Below, piece after piece: positions 11,129 to 20,894 of a stretch of DNA of 32,000 nucleotides. Below the pieces are notes generated by a model. That model saw nothing but the letters and a program-made list of their open reading frames with translations, searched no databases and was not told the origin of the DNA. This DNA comes from Schaalia meyeri (GTDB lineage Bacteria > Actinomycetota > Actinomycetes > Actinomycetales > Actinomycetaceae): assembly GCF_900105015.1 (NCBI RefSeq), contig NZ_FNLK01000014.1, positions 1 through 32,000 of the forward strand, written 5' to 3'. The stretch's first letter is position 1, and every line of letters starts with the position of its first letter. The position numbers and the translations under genes were made by a program.

Positions 11129-11812
11129 TCAGGCGCCAAGCACCGCCAGGTACACGCCGACGCAGTGGCACGCCCACGCGGCGACGGTGAAGGCGTGGAA
11201 TATCTCGTGGAAGCCGAACCAGGTGGGGGAGGGGTCGGGTTTCTTGGCGCCGTAAACGAGGGCGCCGAGCGTGTAGAGGATGCCGCCGGCGATGATCAGC
11301 CAGACCACGACGGGGCCGCCGCCGGACCACAGCTGCGGCAGGTACCAGATGGCGACCCAGCCGAGCGCGACGTAGATGAGGGTTTTGAGCCAGCGCGGCG
11401 CATTGGGCCAAAAGAGGTTGAGAATGATGCCGAAGAGCGCGCCTGCCCACACAACGGAGAGGAGGACGGTGGCGTCTGAGCGGTTCAGCAGGGCGATCGT
11501 CAGCGGGGTGTAGGTGCCGGCGATGAGCAGAAAGATGTTGGAGTGGTCCAACCGGTTCCACATGGTTTCCCAGCGCGGGGCCCAGTAGAAGCGGTGGTAG
11601 GTGGCGGACACGCTAAAGAGCACGAGGGAACAGGCCAGGTAGACGGCGGATCCCCACTTGGTTGCCACGGTGGGTGCCAGGCACACGAGGACAATGGACG
11701 CCGCGAGCGACAGGGGGGTGGCAGCCAGGTGGAGCCACCCGCGCAGCTTAGGTTTGATCTGAACGAGCTGTCCTGTAAACCACTGTTTGGGTTCGAGCGA
11801 TGCGATCTTCAT
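11129..11812 (-). CDS. Hemolysin III / PAQR family channel protein
   Basis: Seven TM helices are present, with motifs RGWLHLAA, DHSNIFLLIAGTYTP and FHEIFHAFTVAAWACH. Confidence 0.9.
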   Translation of the reverse strand: MKIASLEPKQWFTGQLVQIKPKLRGWLHLAATPLSLAASIVLVCLAPTVATKWGSAVYLACSLVLFSVSATYHRFYWAPRWETMWNRLDHSNIFLLIAGTYTPLTIALLNRSDATVLLSVVWAGALFGIILNLFWPNAPRWLKTLIYVALGWVAIWYLPQLWSGGGPVVVWLIIAGGILYTLGALVYGAKKPDPSPTWFGFHEIFHAFTVAAWACHCVGVYLAVLGA

Positions 11813-11991
11813 CCGGTTCTCTCTGTCGATGCTTCCTACGATCCCGTAGGTTACTACGCCGTAGGTTTGAGTGGGCAGCCGATTCTCGCCTTCCGAGAAT
11901 GCTTCTGTTTCCCTGCGACCGGCGGCGCGATACCCTTAACGGGATAAGCGTACGCCGCGCCGGAAGGCGCGACACCATCAGGAGGGACGTC

Positions 11992-12753
11992 ATGGCCCAG
12001 TGGAACATGCTCTACGACATGTACGAGCGTCGCCTCAAAGCGGAGCTATCCGAGGCGTCCGTGCCCGCGCACATCGGCGTCATCCTGGACGGCAATCGAC
12101 GCTGGGCAAAATCCCTGGGGGCGACGGCCTCGCAGGGGCATCGCGCGGGCGCAGGCAAGATCTCCGAGTTCCTGCAGTGGGCCGACGACGCGGGCGTTTC
12201 CATCGTCACTTTGTGGCTCTTGTCCACCGACAATCTCTCGCGCGACGCGGGGGAGTTGGGCGAGCTGCTGCGAATTATCTGCGAGGCCGTGTCTCTCCTG
12301 GCTGACCAGGGGCGCTGGAAGCTGGCGGTCGTCGGCGACCTGTCCCTGCTGCCCCAGCGGGTGGCCGACGACCTGCGTTCCTCCGTTGCCGACACGGCGG
12401 GCACGGTGGGGATGACGGTCAATATCGCGGTCGGCTACGGGGGCAGGCACGAAATCACCGAGGCCGTTCGCTCCATGATGCGCGAGGCGTTAGCCGAGGG
12501 GCGCAGCCTTGCGGAGCTGGCGGATTCCTTCACCGACGCTGACATCGCCGCCCACCTGTACACGAAGGATCAACCCGACCCCGACCTGGTGATCCGCACG
12601 TCGGGGGAGCAGCGCCTCTCCGGCTTCATGCTGTGGCAGTCCGTGCACTCCGAATACTACTTCTGCGAGGTGTACTGGCCCGACTTCCGTCGCGTCGACT
12701 TCCTGCGCGCCCTGCGCTCCTACGCGCAGCGCGAACGCCGCATGGGCAAGTAA
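11992..12753 (+). CDS. uppS: Isoprenyl transferase (cis-prenyl diphosphate synthase, UppS family)
   Basis: GGAGGG at 11981-11986 precedes ATG 11992. The product contains HIGVILDGNRRWA, TLWLLSTDN, DLVIRTSGEQRLSGFMLWQS and EYYFCEVYWPDF. ORF-track start 11800 is an upstream extension. Confidence 0.9.
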   Translation: MAQWNMLYDMYERRLKAELSEASVPAHIGVILDGNRRWAKSLGATASQGHRAGAGKISEFLQWADDAGVSIVTLWLLSTDNLSRDAGELGELLRIICEAVSLLADQGRWKLAVVGDLSLLPQRVADDLRSSVADTAGTVGMTVNIAVGYGGRHEITEAVRSMMREALAEGRSLAELADSFTDADIAAHLYTKDQPDPDLVIRTSGEQRLSGFMLWQSVHSEYYFCEVYWPDFRRVDFLRALRSYAQRERRMGK

Positions 12754-12822
12754 CGCCCGCTCACGCGCGCGAGTGCGAGTGCAAACCCGCAAAGGCGTCG
12801 GCCTCGTCTGCCCGCCTTGGCG

Positions 12823-13758
12823 TCAGGACAGCTCGTGCGCCCAGGGCGGGTTCGCGCCCTTGCGCGACACGGTTACGTCCGACGCGGCGCTCGCCCGGTT
12901 GATGATGACCCGCAGCCGGTCTTCGCTGAGCGTGCGCAGCTTCTCGCGCGAGTGGGCGCCGCGCAGACCCATGCCCCACAGGGCATCGATCATGCCGCCC
13001 ATGAACGAGTCGCCCGCGCCAACCGTGTCGACGACCACCACATCCGCGGGGGTCTTCGTGAAACGCAGGCCCGAGGAGGTGACGACCAGGCAACCATGGT
13101 TGCCGCGGGTGACGACGATGATCGATGGCCCCAGGGAAAGCCACCGCCGGGTGACCTGGTCGATGTCCGCGCCGCCCGTGAGCCATTCGATGTCCTCGTT
13201 AGACACCTTCACGATGTCCGAGAGCGCGACGAAACGCTCAACGGAAGCCAACGCCCGATCGGGGTCGCCCATGATCGACGGGCGCGCGTTCGGGTCGAAG
13301 CAGACGAGCGCGTGGTCGCGACCCCGCTTGATCGCATCCAGGACGGCTGAAGCGCCGGGCTCGATAATCGCGGAAATGGACCCGGCCATCAGGATCTGTG
13401 CGGTGTCGGGGACATCGATCGGGGGAGTGGGCGCCCACTCCAGGTCGAAGGTGTAGGACGCGGCTCCCGCGGCATCCAGGCGGGCCTGCGCGGTTGACGT
13501 GTGCGACGCGCCGCGCGATGCCTCGGTGATCGTCACCCCTGAGTCCGCGAGCTGGAACTCGATGAGCCGTCCGCGCTCATCCGTGCCGATCCACGTCGCC
13601 AACGCCACCGGGCGTCCCAGACGCCCCAGCGCCAGGGCCACGTTAGCGGGGGAGCCACCGGGAATCTCATGCGGGAAATCAGGCTGGTCATGAGTAATCA
13701 CGACGTCAATCAGAGCCTCGCCGATTGCGAGCACGTGGGGTCGGGACAGCAGTGTCAT
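12823..13758 (-). CDS. PfkB-family carbohydrate kinase (fructokinase-like)
   Basis: The product begins VLAIGEALIDVV and contains GGSPANVALALGRLG and the ATP-site motif VVDTVGAGDSFMGGMI. Confidence 0.85.
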   Translation of the reverse strand: MTLLSRPHVLAIGEALIDVVITHDQPDFPHEIPGGSPANVALALGRLGRPVALATWIGTDERGRLIEFQLADSGVTITEASRGASHTSTAQARLDAAGAASYTFDLEWAPTPPIDVPDTAQILMAGSISAIIEPGASAVLDAIKRGRDHALVCFDPNARPSIMGDPDRALASVERFVALSDIVKVSNEDIEWLTGGADIDQVTRRWLSLGPSIIVVTRGNHGCLVVTSSGLRFTKTPADVVVVDTVGAGDSFMGGMIDALWGMGLRGAHSREKLRTLSEDRLRVIINRASAASDVTVSRKGANPPWAHELS

Positions 13759-13804
13759 GGCTTTCTCCTCGCCGATCCGTTGGTGACGGTGTCTGTGGAC
13801 AACA

Positions 13805-14035
13805 CTAGCGCGCGTCAGGGTCCTGCTGCCCGGCCTTTTCCGCCAGACGGGACTGCGCTCCGTCGAGGATCTGTGAGCAGCGCGCCGCCAGGGCTTCGCC
13901 GCGCTCCCACAGGATCAGCGTGTCCTCTAACGGGGCCTGACCTCCCTCAAGGGTCTGGACGATTTGCACCAATTCGTCTCGCGCGGCCTCGTATCCCAGG
14001 GAATAGGGGTCGGGCAGCTGCTCGTTCTCGGTCAT
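13805..14035 (-). CDS. xseB: Exodeoxyribonuclease VII small subunit
   Basis: A 76-aa product with YEAARDELVQIVQTLEGG..PLEDTLILWERGEALAARC lies immediately downstream of xseA. Confidence 0.9.
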   Translation of the reverse strand: MTENEQLPDPYSLGYEAARDELVQIVQTLEGGQAPLEDTLILWERGEALAARCSQILDGAQSRLAEKAGQQDPDAR

Positions 14036-14091
14036 TGTGTTTTTCCTTACGTTGTTTATCCTGTGGGACGAGGCCTGGGCTGGGCTGTGGA

Positions 14092-15411
14092 TCAGGGGCT
14101 GCCCGGCGGTGCGGGGGCGGTCGCGCCCACGACCTGGGCGACCATGCGGCCCGACGCGAGGATCCCCTCGATGAGGTCTCCCTTTTTGACCTGTCCCGAG
14201 GAGGTGATGAGCGCGCCCGACGGTGTTTTCAGGAGCGAGTATCCCCGATCCAGGGTCGCCTGCGGTGACAGCGCGGTCAGCGTCGCGCGAGAGCGGGTCA
14301 GCTCCTGGCGCTCCGATGCGAGTCGGCGTTCGATGGTGGCGCGAAGAGCGCTCACGTGCTGTGCCAACGTGGCGCGGTGCCCGTCGAGGATCGCCTCCGG
14401 CCCTCGCAGGACCGGGCGCGACGCCACGAGCGCCAGGTTTGTTCGCTCCATGGACAGGCGGGCGGCGAGGGCCCCGCGCATGCGGCTTTGCGCCTGCGCC
14501 AACCCGTCGCGCTCGCGGGCGTGGTCCGGGACGATGCGGCGCGCCGCGTCCGTTGGCGTCGAGGCGCGATAGTCGGCGATGAGGTCCAGGAGGGGTGAGT
14601 CTCCTTCGTGACCGATGGCCGACACGATGGGGGTGCGGGCGGCGGCCACGGCGCGCACCAGGCGTTCGTCGGAAAAGGGCAGCAGGTCCTCGACTGCGCC
14701 GCCTCCGCGCGCGATGACGATGACGTCCACGCCGTCGATCGCATCCAGCTCACCCAGGGCCGCACCCACTTCCGCCACGCAGTGGTCGCCCTGGACGGCG
14801 ACCTCGCGGATTTCAAAACGCGCGAGAGGCCAACGCTCCGAGGCGTTGACCACCACGTCCTCCTTCGCCTTGGCGCCTCGACCGCAGATCAGTCCGATTG
14901 TGCGGGGCGCGAAGGGCAGGGGTTTCTTGCGCGCGTCCGCGAAAAGGCCCTCGGCCGCCAGGCGGGCGCGCAGCGCTTCGATTTGTGCCAACAGGTCGCC
15001 CACGCCCTGCAGGTGAATCTCCGCTGCCTGCAGGTTCAGCCGCCCCGAACGCTCCCAGAAGACGGGCTTGACGCGCGTCACCACGCGCGCGCCCTCCGCC
15101 AGGGGAGTGCCTTCCATGATGTTCGCCCACGCCGTCACCGTCATCGACGTATCCGTCTCCAGGTCGCGCAGCGTCAAAAAGTGCATCTTAGCGCCCGGGC
15201 GCACCTTGTATTCGACGACCTGGCCCGTAACCCACAGGGGGCTCATACGGTCCACGTACACCTTGATGTTCTCCGTCAGCCTGCGCAGCGGCCACGGGTT
15301 ATCCCTCGTCGTGTCAGCCGCTTTCGCTGCGGGCGGGCGCGGCGCTAAAGGGCCGCCTGGCGTGGGGGAAGCATGGGGATGGGGCGAAGTCACGGACCCA
15401 GCATGCCACAC
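14092..15411 (-). CDS. xseA: Exodeoxyribonuclease VII large subunit
   Basis: An N-terminal OB-fold region ([10 protein letters not shown]...HFLTLRD) is followed by the catalytic core ([11 protein letters not shown]..., [30 protein letters not shown]) and a coiled-coil tail. The start is uncertain within the Pro-rich N-terminus. Confidence 0.9.
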   Translation of the reverse strand: MWHAGSVTSPHPHASPTPGGPLAPRPPAAKAADTTRDNPWPLRRLTENIKVYVDRMSPLWVTGQVVEYKVRPGAKMHFLTLRDLETDTSMTVTAWANIMEGTPLAEGARVVTRVKPVFWERSGRLNLQAAEIHLQGVGDLLAQIEALRARLAAEGLFADARKKPLPFAPRTIGLICGRGAKAKEDVVVNASERWPLARFEIREVAVQGDHCVAEVGAALGELDAIDGVDVIVIARGGGAVEDLLPFSDERLVRAVAAARTPIVSAIGHEGDSPLLDLIADYRASTPTDAARRIVPDHARERDGLAQAQSRMRGALAARLSMERTNLALVASRPVLRGPEAILDGHRATLAQHVSALRATIERRLASERQELTRSRATLTALSPQATLDRGYSLLKTPSGALITSSGQVKKGDLIEGILASGRMVAQVVGATAPAPPGSP

Positions 15412-15606
15412 GCTGGGCCAGCCCGCGTCCTCCCAGCACAGGGCGTGGGGAACACGGTCCGGGATTCAAGACGGCCCCGCCCGTGCGGGGAGCGTGATCG
15501 GCTGGTTCCCGCGCGCCCACCGCCCTTGGGGATGCGGGTAGTGCCGAATGAGGAACAGGGCTCGCCCCCGCGCACGCCCACCGCCCCGGGCGATAGGGTT
15601 GGATGC

Positions 15607-16674
15607 ATGAGCGAAAACGTCGACCTGCGCGCCAGCGCCGAAGCCCCCTTGCCCCAATCACATGGCGAGGGAAACGGGCGCATCCTGCTGGCCGCCCCCC
15701 GCGGATACTGCGCCGGGGTGGATCGCGCGGTCGACGTCGTCGAGAAGGCGCTCGAACTGTACGGGGCGCCCGTCTACGTGCGCAAGGAGATCGTCCACAA
15801 CAAGTTCGTCGTCGAATCGTTAACCAAGCGGGGCGCGATCTTCGTGCAGGAAACCGACGAGGTGCCCGAGGGGGCCCGCGTCGTCTTTTCGGCGCACGGC
15901 GTCTCCCCGGCCATTCACGCGTCTGCGGCGACCCGGAACCTGGCGACGATCGACGCGACCTGCCCGCTCGTGACGAAGGTTCACCGCGAGGCAGTGCGAT
16001 TCGCCAAGGATGACTACGACATTATTCTCGTGGGCCACCAGGGGCACGAGGAGGTTGAGGGCACCTTCGGTGAGGCCCCCGAACACATTCAGGTGGTTGG
16101 GGGGCCCGACGAGGTGGATAGCGTCGTCGTGCGCGACCCCTCCCGCGTCGTGTGGATCTCACAGACCACGCTCTCCGTGGACGAAACACGAGAGACCGTG
16201 GACCGGCTGCGCCAGCGATTCCCACAGCTGATCGACCCGCCCTCGGACGATATCTGCTACGCCACACAGAACCGCCAGGGGGCCGTTAAGCACATCGCCC
16301 CACAGGTGGATGTCATGATCGTCGTTGGCAGCGCGAACTCGTCGAACTCTGTGCGCCTCGTCGAGGTGGCCCTTGAGGCCGGTGCGGGCGCCGCGTATCG
16401 CGTCGATAAGGCCGAGGAGTTGGACGCATCCTGGTTCGAGGGCGCCCGCACCGTCGGGCTTACCTCGGGCGCGTCCGTGCCCGAGATCCTCGTGCGCGAC
16501 GTCATCGAATGGTTGCAGGCGCGTGGATTCCCCGCCGTCGAGGTGGCGCGCACCGAAACGGAGTCCACGACCTTTGCGCTGCCTCGCGACCTGCGTGCCG
16601 ACCTGAAGAAGGCCGGCATGGCCCCCACGCGCCCCCATGCGCCCCGCGTGGCCGGGCCAAACCACACGAGGTAG
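15607..16674 (+). CDS. ispH: 4-hydroxy-3-methylbut-2-enyl diphosphate reductase
   Basis: The product begins MSENVDL and contains [37 protein letters not shown] and [13 protein letters not shown] 15607 is chosen over ORF-track start 15373. Confidence 0.95.
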   Translation: MSENVDLRASAEAPLPQSHGEGNGRILLAAPRGYCAGVDRAVDVVEKALELYGAPVYVRKEIVHNKFVVESLTKRGAIFVQETDEVPEGARVVFSAHGVSPAIHASAATRNLATIDATCPLVTKVHREAVRFAKDDYDIILVGHQGHEEVEGTFGEAPEHIQVVGGPDEVDSVVVRDPSRVVWISQTTLSVDETRETVDRLRQRFPQLIDPPSDDICYATQNRQGAVKHIAPQVDVMIVVGSANSSNSVRLVEVALEAGAGAAYRVDKAEELDASWFEGARTVGLTSGASVPEILVRDVIEWLQARGFPAVEVARTETESTTFALPRDLRADLKKAGMAPTRPHAPRVAGPNHTR

Positions 16675-16711
16675 GGCAACGCCCGCGGGTCCGCTCCGAT
16701 AGGATGAGGAT

Positions 16712-17812
16712 GTGTCTCTCACTATCGGTATCGCCGGACTGCCCAACGTCGGCAAGTCCACCCTGTTTAACGCCCTGACCCGCGCGAGTGTGCTCGCCGC
16801 GAACTATCCCTTTGCGACCATCGAGCCCAACGTCGGCGTGGTCCCCCTGCCGGACCCGCGCCTGGATAAGCTCGCGGAGATCTTTGGCTCCCAGCGCATC
16901 CTCCCGGCCACCGTGTCCTTCGTGGACATCGCCGGCATCGTGCGCGGCGCCTCCGAGGGCGAGGGCTTGGGCAACCAGTTCCTGGCAAATATCCGCGAGG
17001 CCGACGCGATCTGTCAGGTCACGCGCGCCTTCAACGACCCCGACGTGGTGCACGTGGACGGCAAGGTGGACCCGGCTTCGGACATCGAGACCATCAAGGC
17101 TGAGCTGATCCTGGCCGACATGCAGACCATCGAGAAACAGATCCCGCGCCTGGAGAAGGAGGTGCGCGGTAAGAAAACCGAGCCGGTCGTGCTGGAGACC
17201 GCGCGTGCGGCCATGGAGCTGCTGGAGCGCGGCGAGCTGCTGTCCGGCCCCGAGGGCGCCAAGCTGGACCAGGACGCGCTGCGGTCCTTCCAGCTGATGA
17301 CCTCCAAGCCCTTTATTTTCGTGTTCAACATGGACGCCGCCGAGATGGATGACCAGGAGAAGCAGGACGAGCTGCGCGCCCTGGTGGCCCCCGCCGAGGC
17401 GATCTTCCTGGACGCCCAGTTCGAGGCCGAGCTGGTCGAGCTGGACGAGGCGGACGCCCGCGAGATGCTGGCCGAGTCCGGGCAGGCCGAGTCCGGCCTG
17501 GACAAGCTGGCGCGAGTCGGCTTTGACACGCTGGGCCTGCAGACCTACCTCACCGCCGGCGAGAAGGAGGCGCGCGCCTGGACGATCCACAAGGGCGACA
17601 CCGCCCCCAAGGCCGCCGGCGTCATCCACACGGACTTCGAGAAGGGTTTCATCAAGGCCGAGATCGTCTCCTACGACGACCTGGTCTCCCTGGGCTCCAT
17701 CGCCGAGGCGCGCGCCCACGGCCGGGTCCGCATGGAGGGCAAGGACTACGTCATGCAGGACGGGGACGTGGTGGAGTTCCGGTCGGGGCTCGAGTCCGGG
17801 GGGAAGAAGTGA
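16712..17812 (+). CDS. ychF: Redox-regulated ATPase YchF, with a non-canonical C-terminal tail
   Basis: The product begins MSLTIGIAGLPNVGKSTLFNALT and contains DIAGIVRGASEGEGLGNQFL and a TGS-like C-terminal domain. It ends ...DGDVVEFR-SGLESGGKK instead of the conserved ...FRFNV. Confidence 0.95.
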   Translation: MSLTIGIAGLPNVGKSTLFNALTRASVLAANYPFATIEPNVGVVPLPDPRLDKLAEIFGSQRILPATVSFVDIAGIVRGASEGEGLGNQFLANIREADAICQVTRAFNDPDVVHVDGKVDPASDIETIKAELILADMQTIEKQIPRLEKEVRGKKTEPVVLETARAAMELLERGELLSGPEGAKLDQDALRSFQLMTSKPFIFVFNMDAAEMDDQEKQDELRALVAPAEAIFLDAQFEAELVELDEADAREMLAESGQAESGLDKLARVGFDTLGLQTYLTAGEKEARAWTIHKGDTAPKAAGVIHTDFEKGFIKAEIVSYDDLVSLGSIAEARAHGRVRMEGKDYVMQDGDVVEFRSGLESGGKK

Positions 17813-20439
17813 GCGCGGCTGTGGCAGGGCAGCGTAAGGATGATGTGCATCCCATCCTCAACGAGGATGGGAAGTACATCTGCCTCACCGATGGAACGCT
17901 CTTGCCCTCTACACCGGAAGAAACCGTCCGGCAGGGGTTCATCGCGGTTTTGATAAACGAGTATGGGTATCCAGCCAACCGCATTCGTCGCGAGGTCCCG
18001 ATTTACCATGGCAGCAGCGAGATTAGAGACAGAGCGGGCAAGCCAGTTCGAGCAGACATTGTTGTTTACGCAAGTTCCACGGCTGCCGCTCGACGCGACC
18101 AAGGCCAGATCAAGTTTGTCGTTGAGTGTAAGAAGCCCGATGCTAAGTCTGGATATGAGCAACTCGTAAGCTACATATTCTCGACCAATGCGCCTGGTGG
18201 TGTCTGGACGAACGGTGTTGACGGGGATGAGTCTGACACGAAATTCTATCGAGTTGATAGGGAGCTCGCACAACTCCTTCCCGTTACTGAACTTCCGCGA
18301 GTGGATGAAAAATGGGGGTCGATCAATCGACGAAAGAAAACGGACCTTGAGAAGCCTCATGATGTTCGTCGTCTGTTCCGCCTATGTAACAGTAAGCTCT
18401 ACGGTCGTGGCATGGAGAACTTCGATTACGACATCACCATGGATATGGTGAGGATTCTCCTTGCGAAAATTGAGGATGAGTCAGCTCCTGGTGATTATCC
18501 TGCCTTCTATATCTCACAGGATGAGTATGAAAATCCGGAGGGTCGGGAGGCTGCTGCCCAACGCGTCCGTTCTCTTTTCGAGGCTTTTGCTGAGCGACAT
18601 CGAGAAGTGTTTCCGGAAGGGGAGAGGATTGAGGTCCCCGATTCAGCCATTGTTGAAGCGGTCACGGTTCTCCAACCCTGGTCGCTCGTTGTCGGTTATC
18701 AGGATGCAGATGAATGGGATGTCATGGGTGCTGCCTATGAGCAGTACACTCATCAAAACCTGAAGCGTCAACGCGGGCAGTTCTTCACTAACCGTCTAAT
18801 TGTCTCGGCAATGGTCCAGATGGCTGATCCGCAGGTAGGGGAAAAAGTTCTCGATCCAGCCGGTGGGTCCGGGGGGTTCGTAACTTCGGCTTTTCGGTAT
18901 ATGCGGCAATCGATCCTTGCGACAACTGCTCCGGGTAGTCCGCAGCGTGAACGTCAACTCGATCAGGCGAAGAATGACATTTTTCTATCGGAAATTAGTC
19001 CGAGGCTTGTCAAGCTTGCGAAGACTGCGATGCTGTTGAACGGCGACGGACACGCGGGAATGACAAAGGCGAACTCGCTTGGTCCATACGAGAAGTTGGA
19101 CCCGTGGATTCAGTCGCGCTGCGCTCGGGGTGTCCCGAAGGTGATCCTGTCGAATCCGCCGTTTGCAGGGCAGGGCGAATCGCGTATCGCTGATCCGCAG
19201 ATTCTCGCGGACTACGAGACTGCTTATCGTACGGTGGTATCTAAGGCGACGGGAGAGCTCGTACAGGAGTTGATGCAGCAGCAAAGTCCTGAACTGCTGT
19301 TCTTTGAGCGGTGTCTCGATTGGCTAGCCGAGGGTGGTCGCATGGGTATCGTGTTACCAAAGGCTTTCTTGGATACCGCGCAGGCTCACCGCGCTCGGGA
19401 GATGCTCTTCGAACGGGCGTACCTTGACGGCGTCGTCACCTTACATAAGGATTCCTTTCAGCCAGATACAGGGGTGCGTACCTGTATGGTATTTCTTACC
19501 AAAAAGACGGAGCGGCAGAGGCAGCTTCCAGAGGGTGATTACGATATCTTCATGGCAGTGTCTCAGAAGGTCGGGCAAACGTCGGAGGGGGAGCCGATCT
19601 TTGTGGTAGGCGATGACGGGCGACCTACTGCTGAAATCGACCATGATCTCGACGAGATAGTTCATGACTTCAAAGCGCTGCGGTCTGGCAGTCTAGTTGC
19701 TTCACAGTTCCGCTATGCGGTCAAGCGAAGTGATATCGACAACCGGCTTAATATCAACCCGCAGTTTTACTCACCTCATCTGAACGAGTCGATAGCCACG
19801 GTGCGTCGATTCGACGAACTTGACGGTTGGTCGGTTACCACTCTTGGTCAGCTCGAAAAGGGGATTGCGGTCTTCAAAGGCCCCCGTCTTAAGACCGAGA
19901 ATGTGATTGTTTCAGACTTGTCGTCCGGCACTGATGTTGTTGGCTACTTCACGCCCTCTGCCATGCTTCAGGATAAACGAGATTCGGCAAAGTTGATTGA
20001 TCTTGCGAAGGCGACCAACAAACAGTTGCGCGACTTTGAAATCGTCACTGTTCGCGAGGGGGATTTGCTTCTTACGCGTTCAGGTTCAATCGGTCGACTT
20101 GCTTATGTCTCTAGCGTGATGGAGGGGCAGATCGTTTCGGATGATATGATTCGTGTAAGGGTTCCATCCGAGGAGATTCGGGCGTATGTCGCCGCTTTCT
20201 TGTTGTCTGAGAACGCGATGGCGCAGATGTTGATGAATGAGTATGGATCGGTTCAACAACACCTCGAACCGGGCCATGTGCGAGATCTTCTTATCCCTGT
20301 ACCGCGGAACTGGTTGGATGCGGCTAAGTTAATTGCGAGTGGTAAGGAGTTTATAGAATCGAAGGAAGCTTCGGATCGTGCTATGCAGGCGCTCCGTACC
20401 CGCGGATTCGATCGGGGCATGACTGAGCTGCTCGGGTGA
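17809..20439 (+). CDS. Single-chain Type IIG restriction-modification enzyme (PD-(D/E)xK nuclease + N6-adenine methyltransferase + one HsdS-like target-recognition domain)
   Basis: An HsdR_N-type nuclease motif has D83 (18055-18057) and E106-C-K108 (FVVECKK, 18124-18132). The SAM motif LDPAGGSGGF is at 18850-18879, and motif IV NPPF is at 19153-19164. A TRD-like C-terminus starts near W674 (19828): WSVTTLGQLEKG...LLTRSGSIGRLAYV. The GTG start overlaps the ychF stop as GTGA. G+C is ~52%. Confidence 0.85.
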   Translation: MSAAVAGQRKDDVHPILNEDGKYICLTDGTLLPSTPEETVRQGFIAVLINEYGYPANRIRREVPIYHGSSEIRDRAGKPVRADIVVYASSTAAARRDQGQIKFVVECKKPDAKSGYEQLVSYIFSTNAPGGVWTNGVDGDESDTKFYRVDRELAQLLPVTELPRVDEKWGSINRRKKTDLEKPHDVRRLFRLCNSKLYGRGMENFDYDITMDMVRILLAKIEDESAPGDYPAFYISQDEYENPEGREAAAQRVRSLFEAFAERHREVFPEGERIEVPDSAIVEAVTVLQPWSLVVGYQDADEWDVMGAAYEQYTHQNLKRQRGQFFTNRLIVSAMVQMADPQVGEKVLDPAGGSGGFVTSAFRYMRQSILATTAPGSPQRERQLDQAKNDIFLSEISPRLVKLAKTAMLLNGDGHAGMTKANSLGPYEKLDPWIQSRCARGVPKVILSNPPFAGQGESRIADPQILADYETAYRTVVSKATGELVQELMQQQSPELLFFERCLDWLAEGGRMGIVLPKAFLDTAQAHRAREMLFERAYLDGVVTLHKDSFQPDTGVRTCMVFLTKKTERQRQLPEGDYDIFMAVSQKVGQTSEGEPIFVVGDDGRPTAEIDHDLDEIVHDFKALRSGSLVASQFRYAVKRSDIDNRLNINPQFYSPHLNESIATVRRFDELDGWSVTTLGQLEKGIAVFKGPRLKTENVIVSDLSSGTDVVGYFTPSAMLQDKRDSAKLIDLAKATNKQLRDFEIVTVREGDLLLTRSGSIGRLAYVSSVMEGQIVSDDMIRVRVPSEEIRAYVAAFLLSENAMAQMLMNEYGSVQQHLEPGHVRDLLIPVPRNWLDAAKLIASGKEFIESKEASDRAMQALRTRGFDRGMTELLG

Positions 20440-20592
20440 AAGGGGTGATCGGTCCGCAGTGAACTGCTGGGACCTCGTGGTCCGATTTGCCTGGACTTGT
20501 CGCCCTTCCGAACGTCTGTTGAAGACTGCTCTCTCGGGCCGCTCCTCGAGATTTTCGTGTGTCATCTGCGCGAAGAGTGGATATCCTGGTGA

Positions 20593-20835
20593 GATGAATC
20601 GACAGAAGGTATTATTCCTCGAGGAAAGATATACCGTGGGTGTGCAGGAAGGTCGCTCTTTGTTTCGGCAGTTAAGGCACGCGAACGTTTGACGTGTGAA
20701 ACCCGGGTTACTATTGGCACAGGATTGTGTAAGGAGTATGTGACTGGTGCTAGCATTCGCGAGATTGGGTGTTAGCCCGGGTACTCCATTGCGTGTGTTC
20801 GCAGTCTTCTAAATGGTGCGGGGACGGGGTTTTGA
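20593..20835 (+). pseudogene. Decayed helix-turn-helix gene remnant (recombinase or regulator C-terminus?) with an in-frame TAG
   Basis: One frame reads ...RERLTCETRVTIGTGLCKEYVTGASIREIGC*PGYSIACVRSLLNGAGTGF*. The pattern Y..G.SIREI...G.S...VR.LL..G is HTH-like. The TAG lies at 20773-20775. There is no start codon or RBS. Confidence 0.3.
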
Positions 20836-20894
20836 GAGCCAGGTAAACACTCAGGGAGGGTGAGTTCTTGACTCTCATGTGTAAGATGCCCTCC

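Noticed and set aside
17798-18876. G6 homopolymer tracts (17798-17803 at the ychF/RM junction, 18871-18876 inside the SAM motif) as phase-variation switches.
   Set aside because: Six residues is short for slipped-strand switching. The second tract simply encodes Gly-Gly of the conserved GGSGGF motif.
20459-20692. A 77-aa ORF downstream of the RM gene as a controller or specificity protein.
   Set aside because: It has no RBS and no recognisable fold, and it sits in a region that otherwise looks decayed. It shares sequence with the HTH remnant in a different frame.
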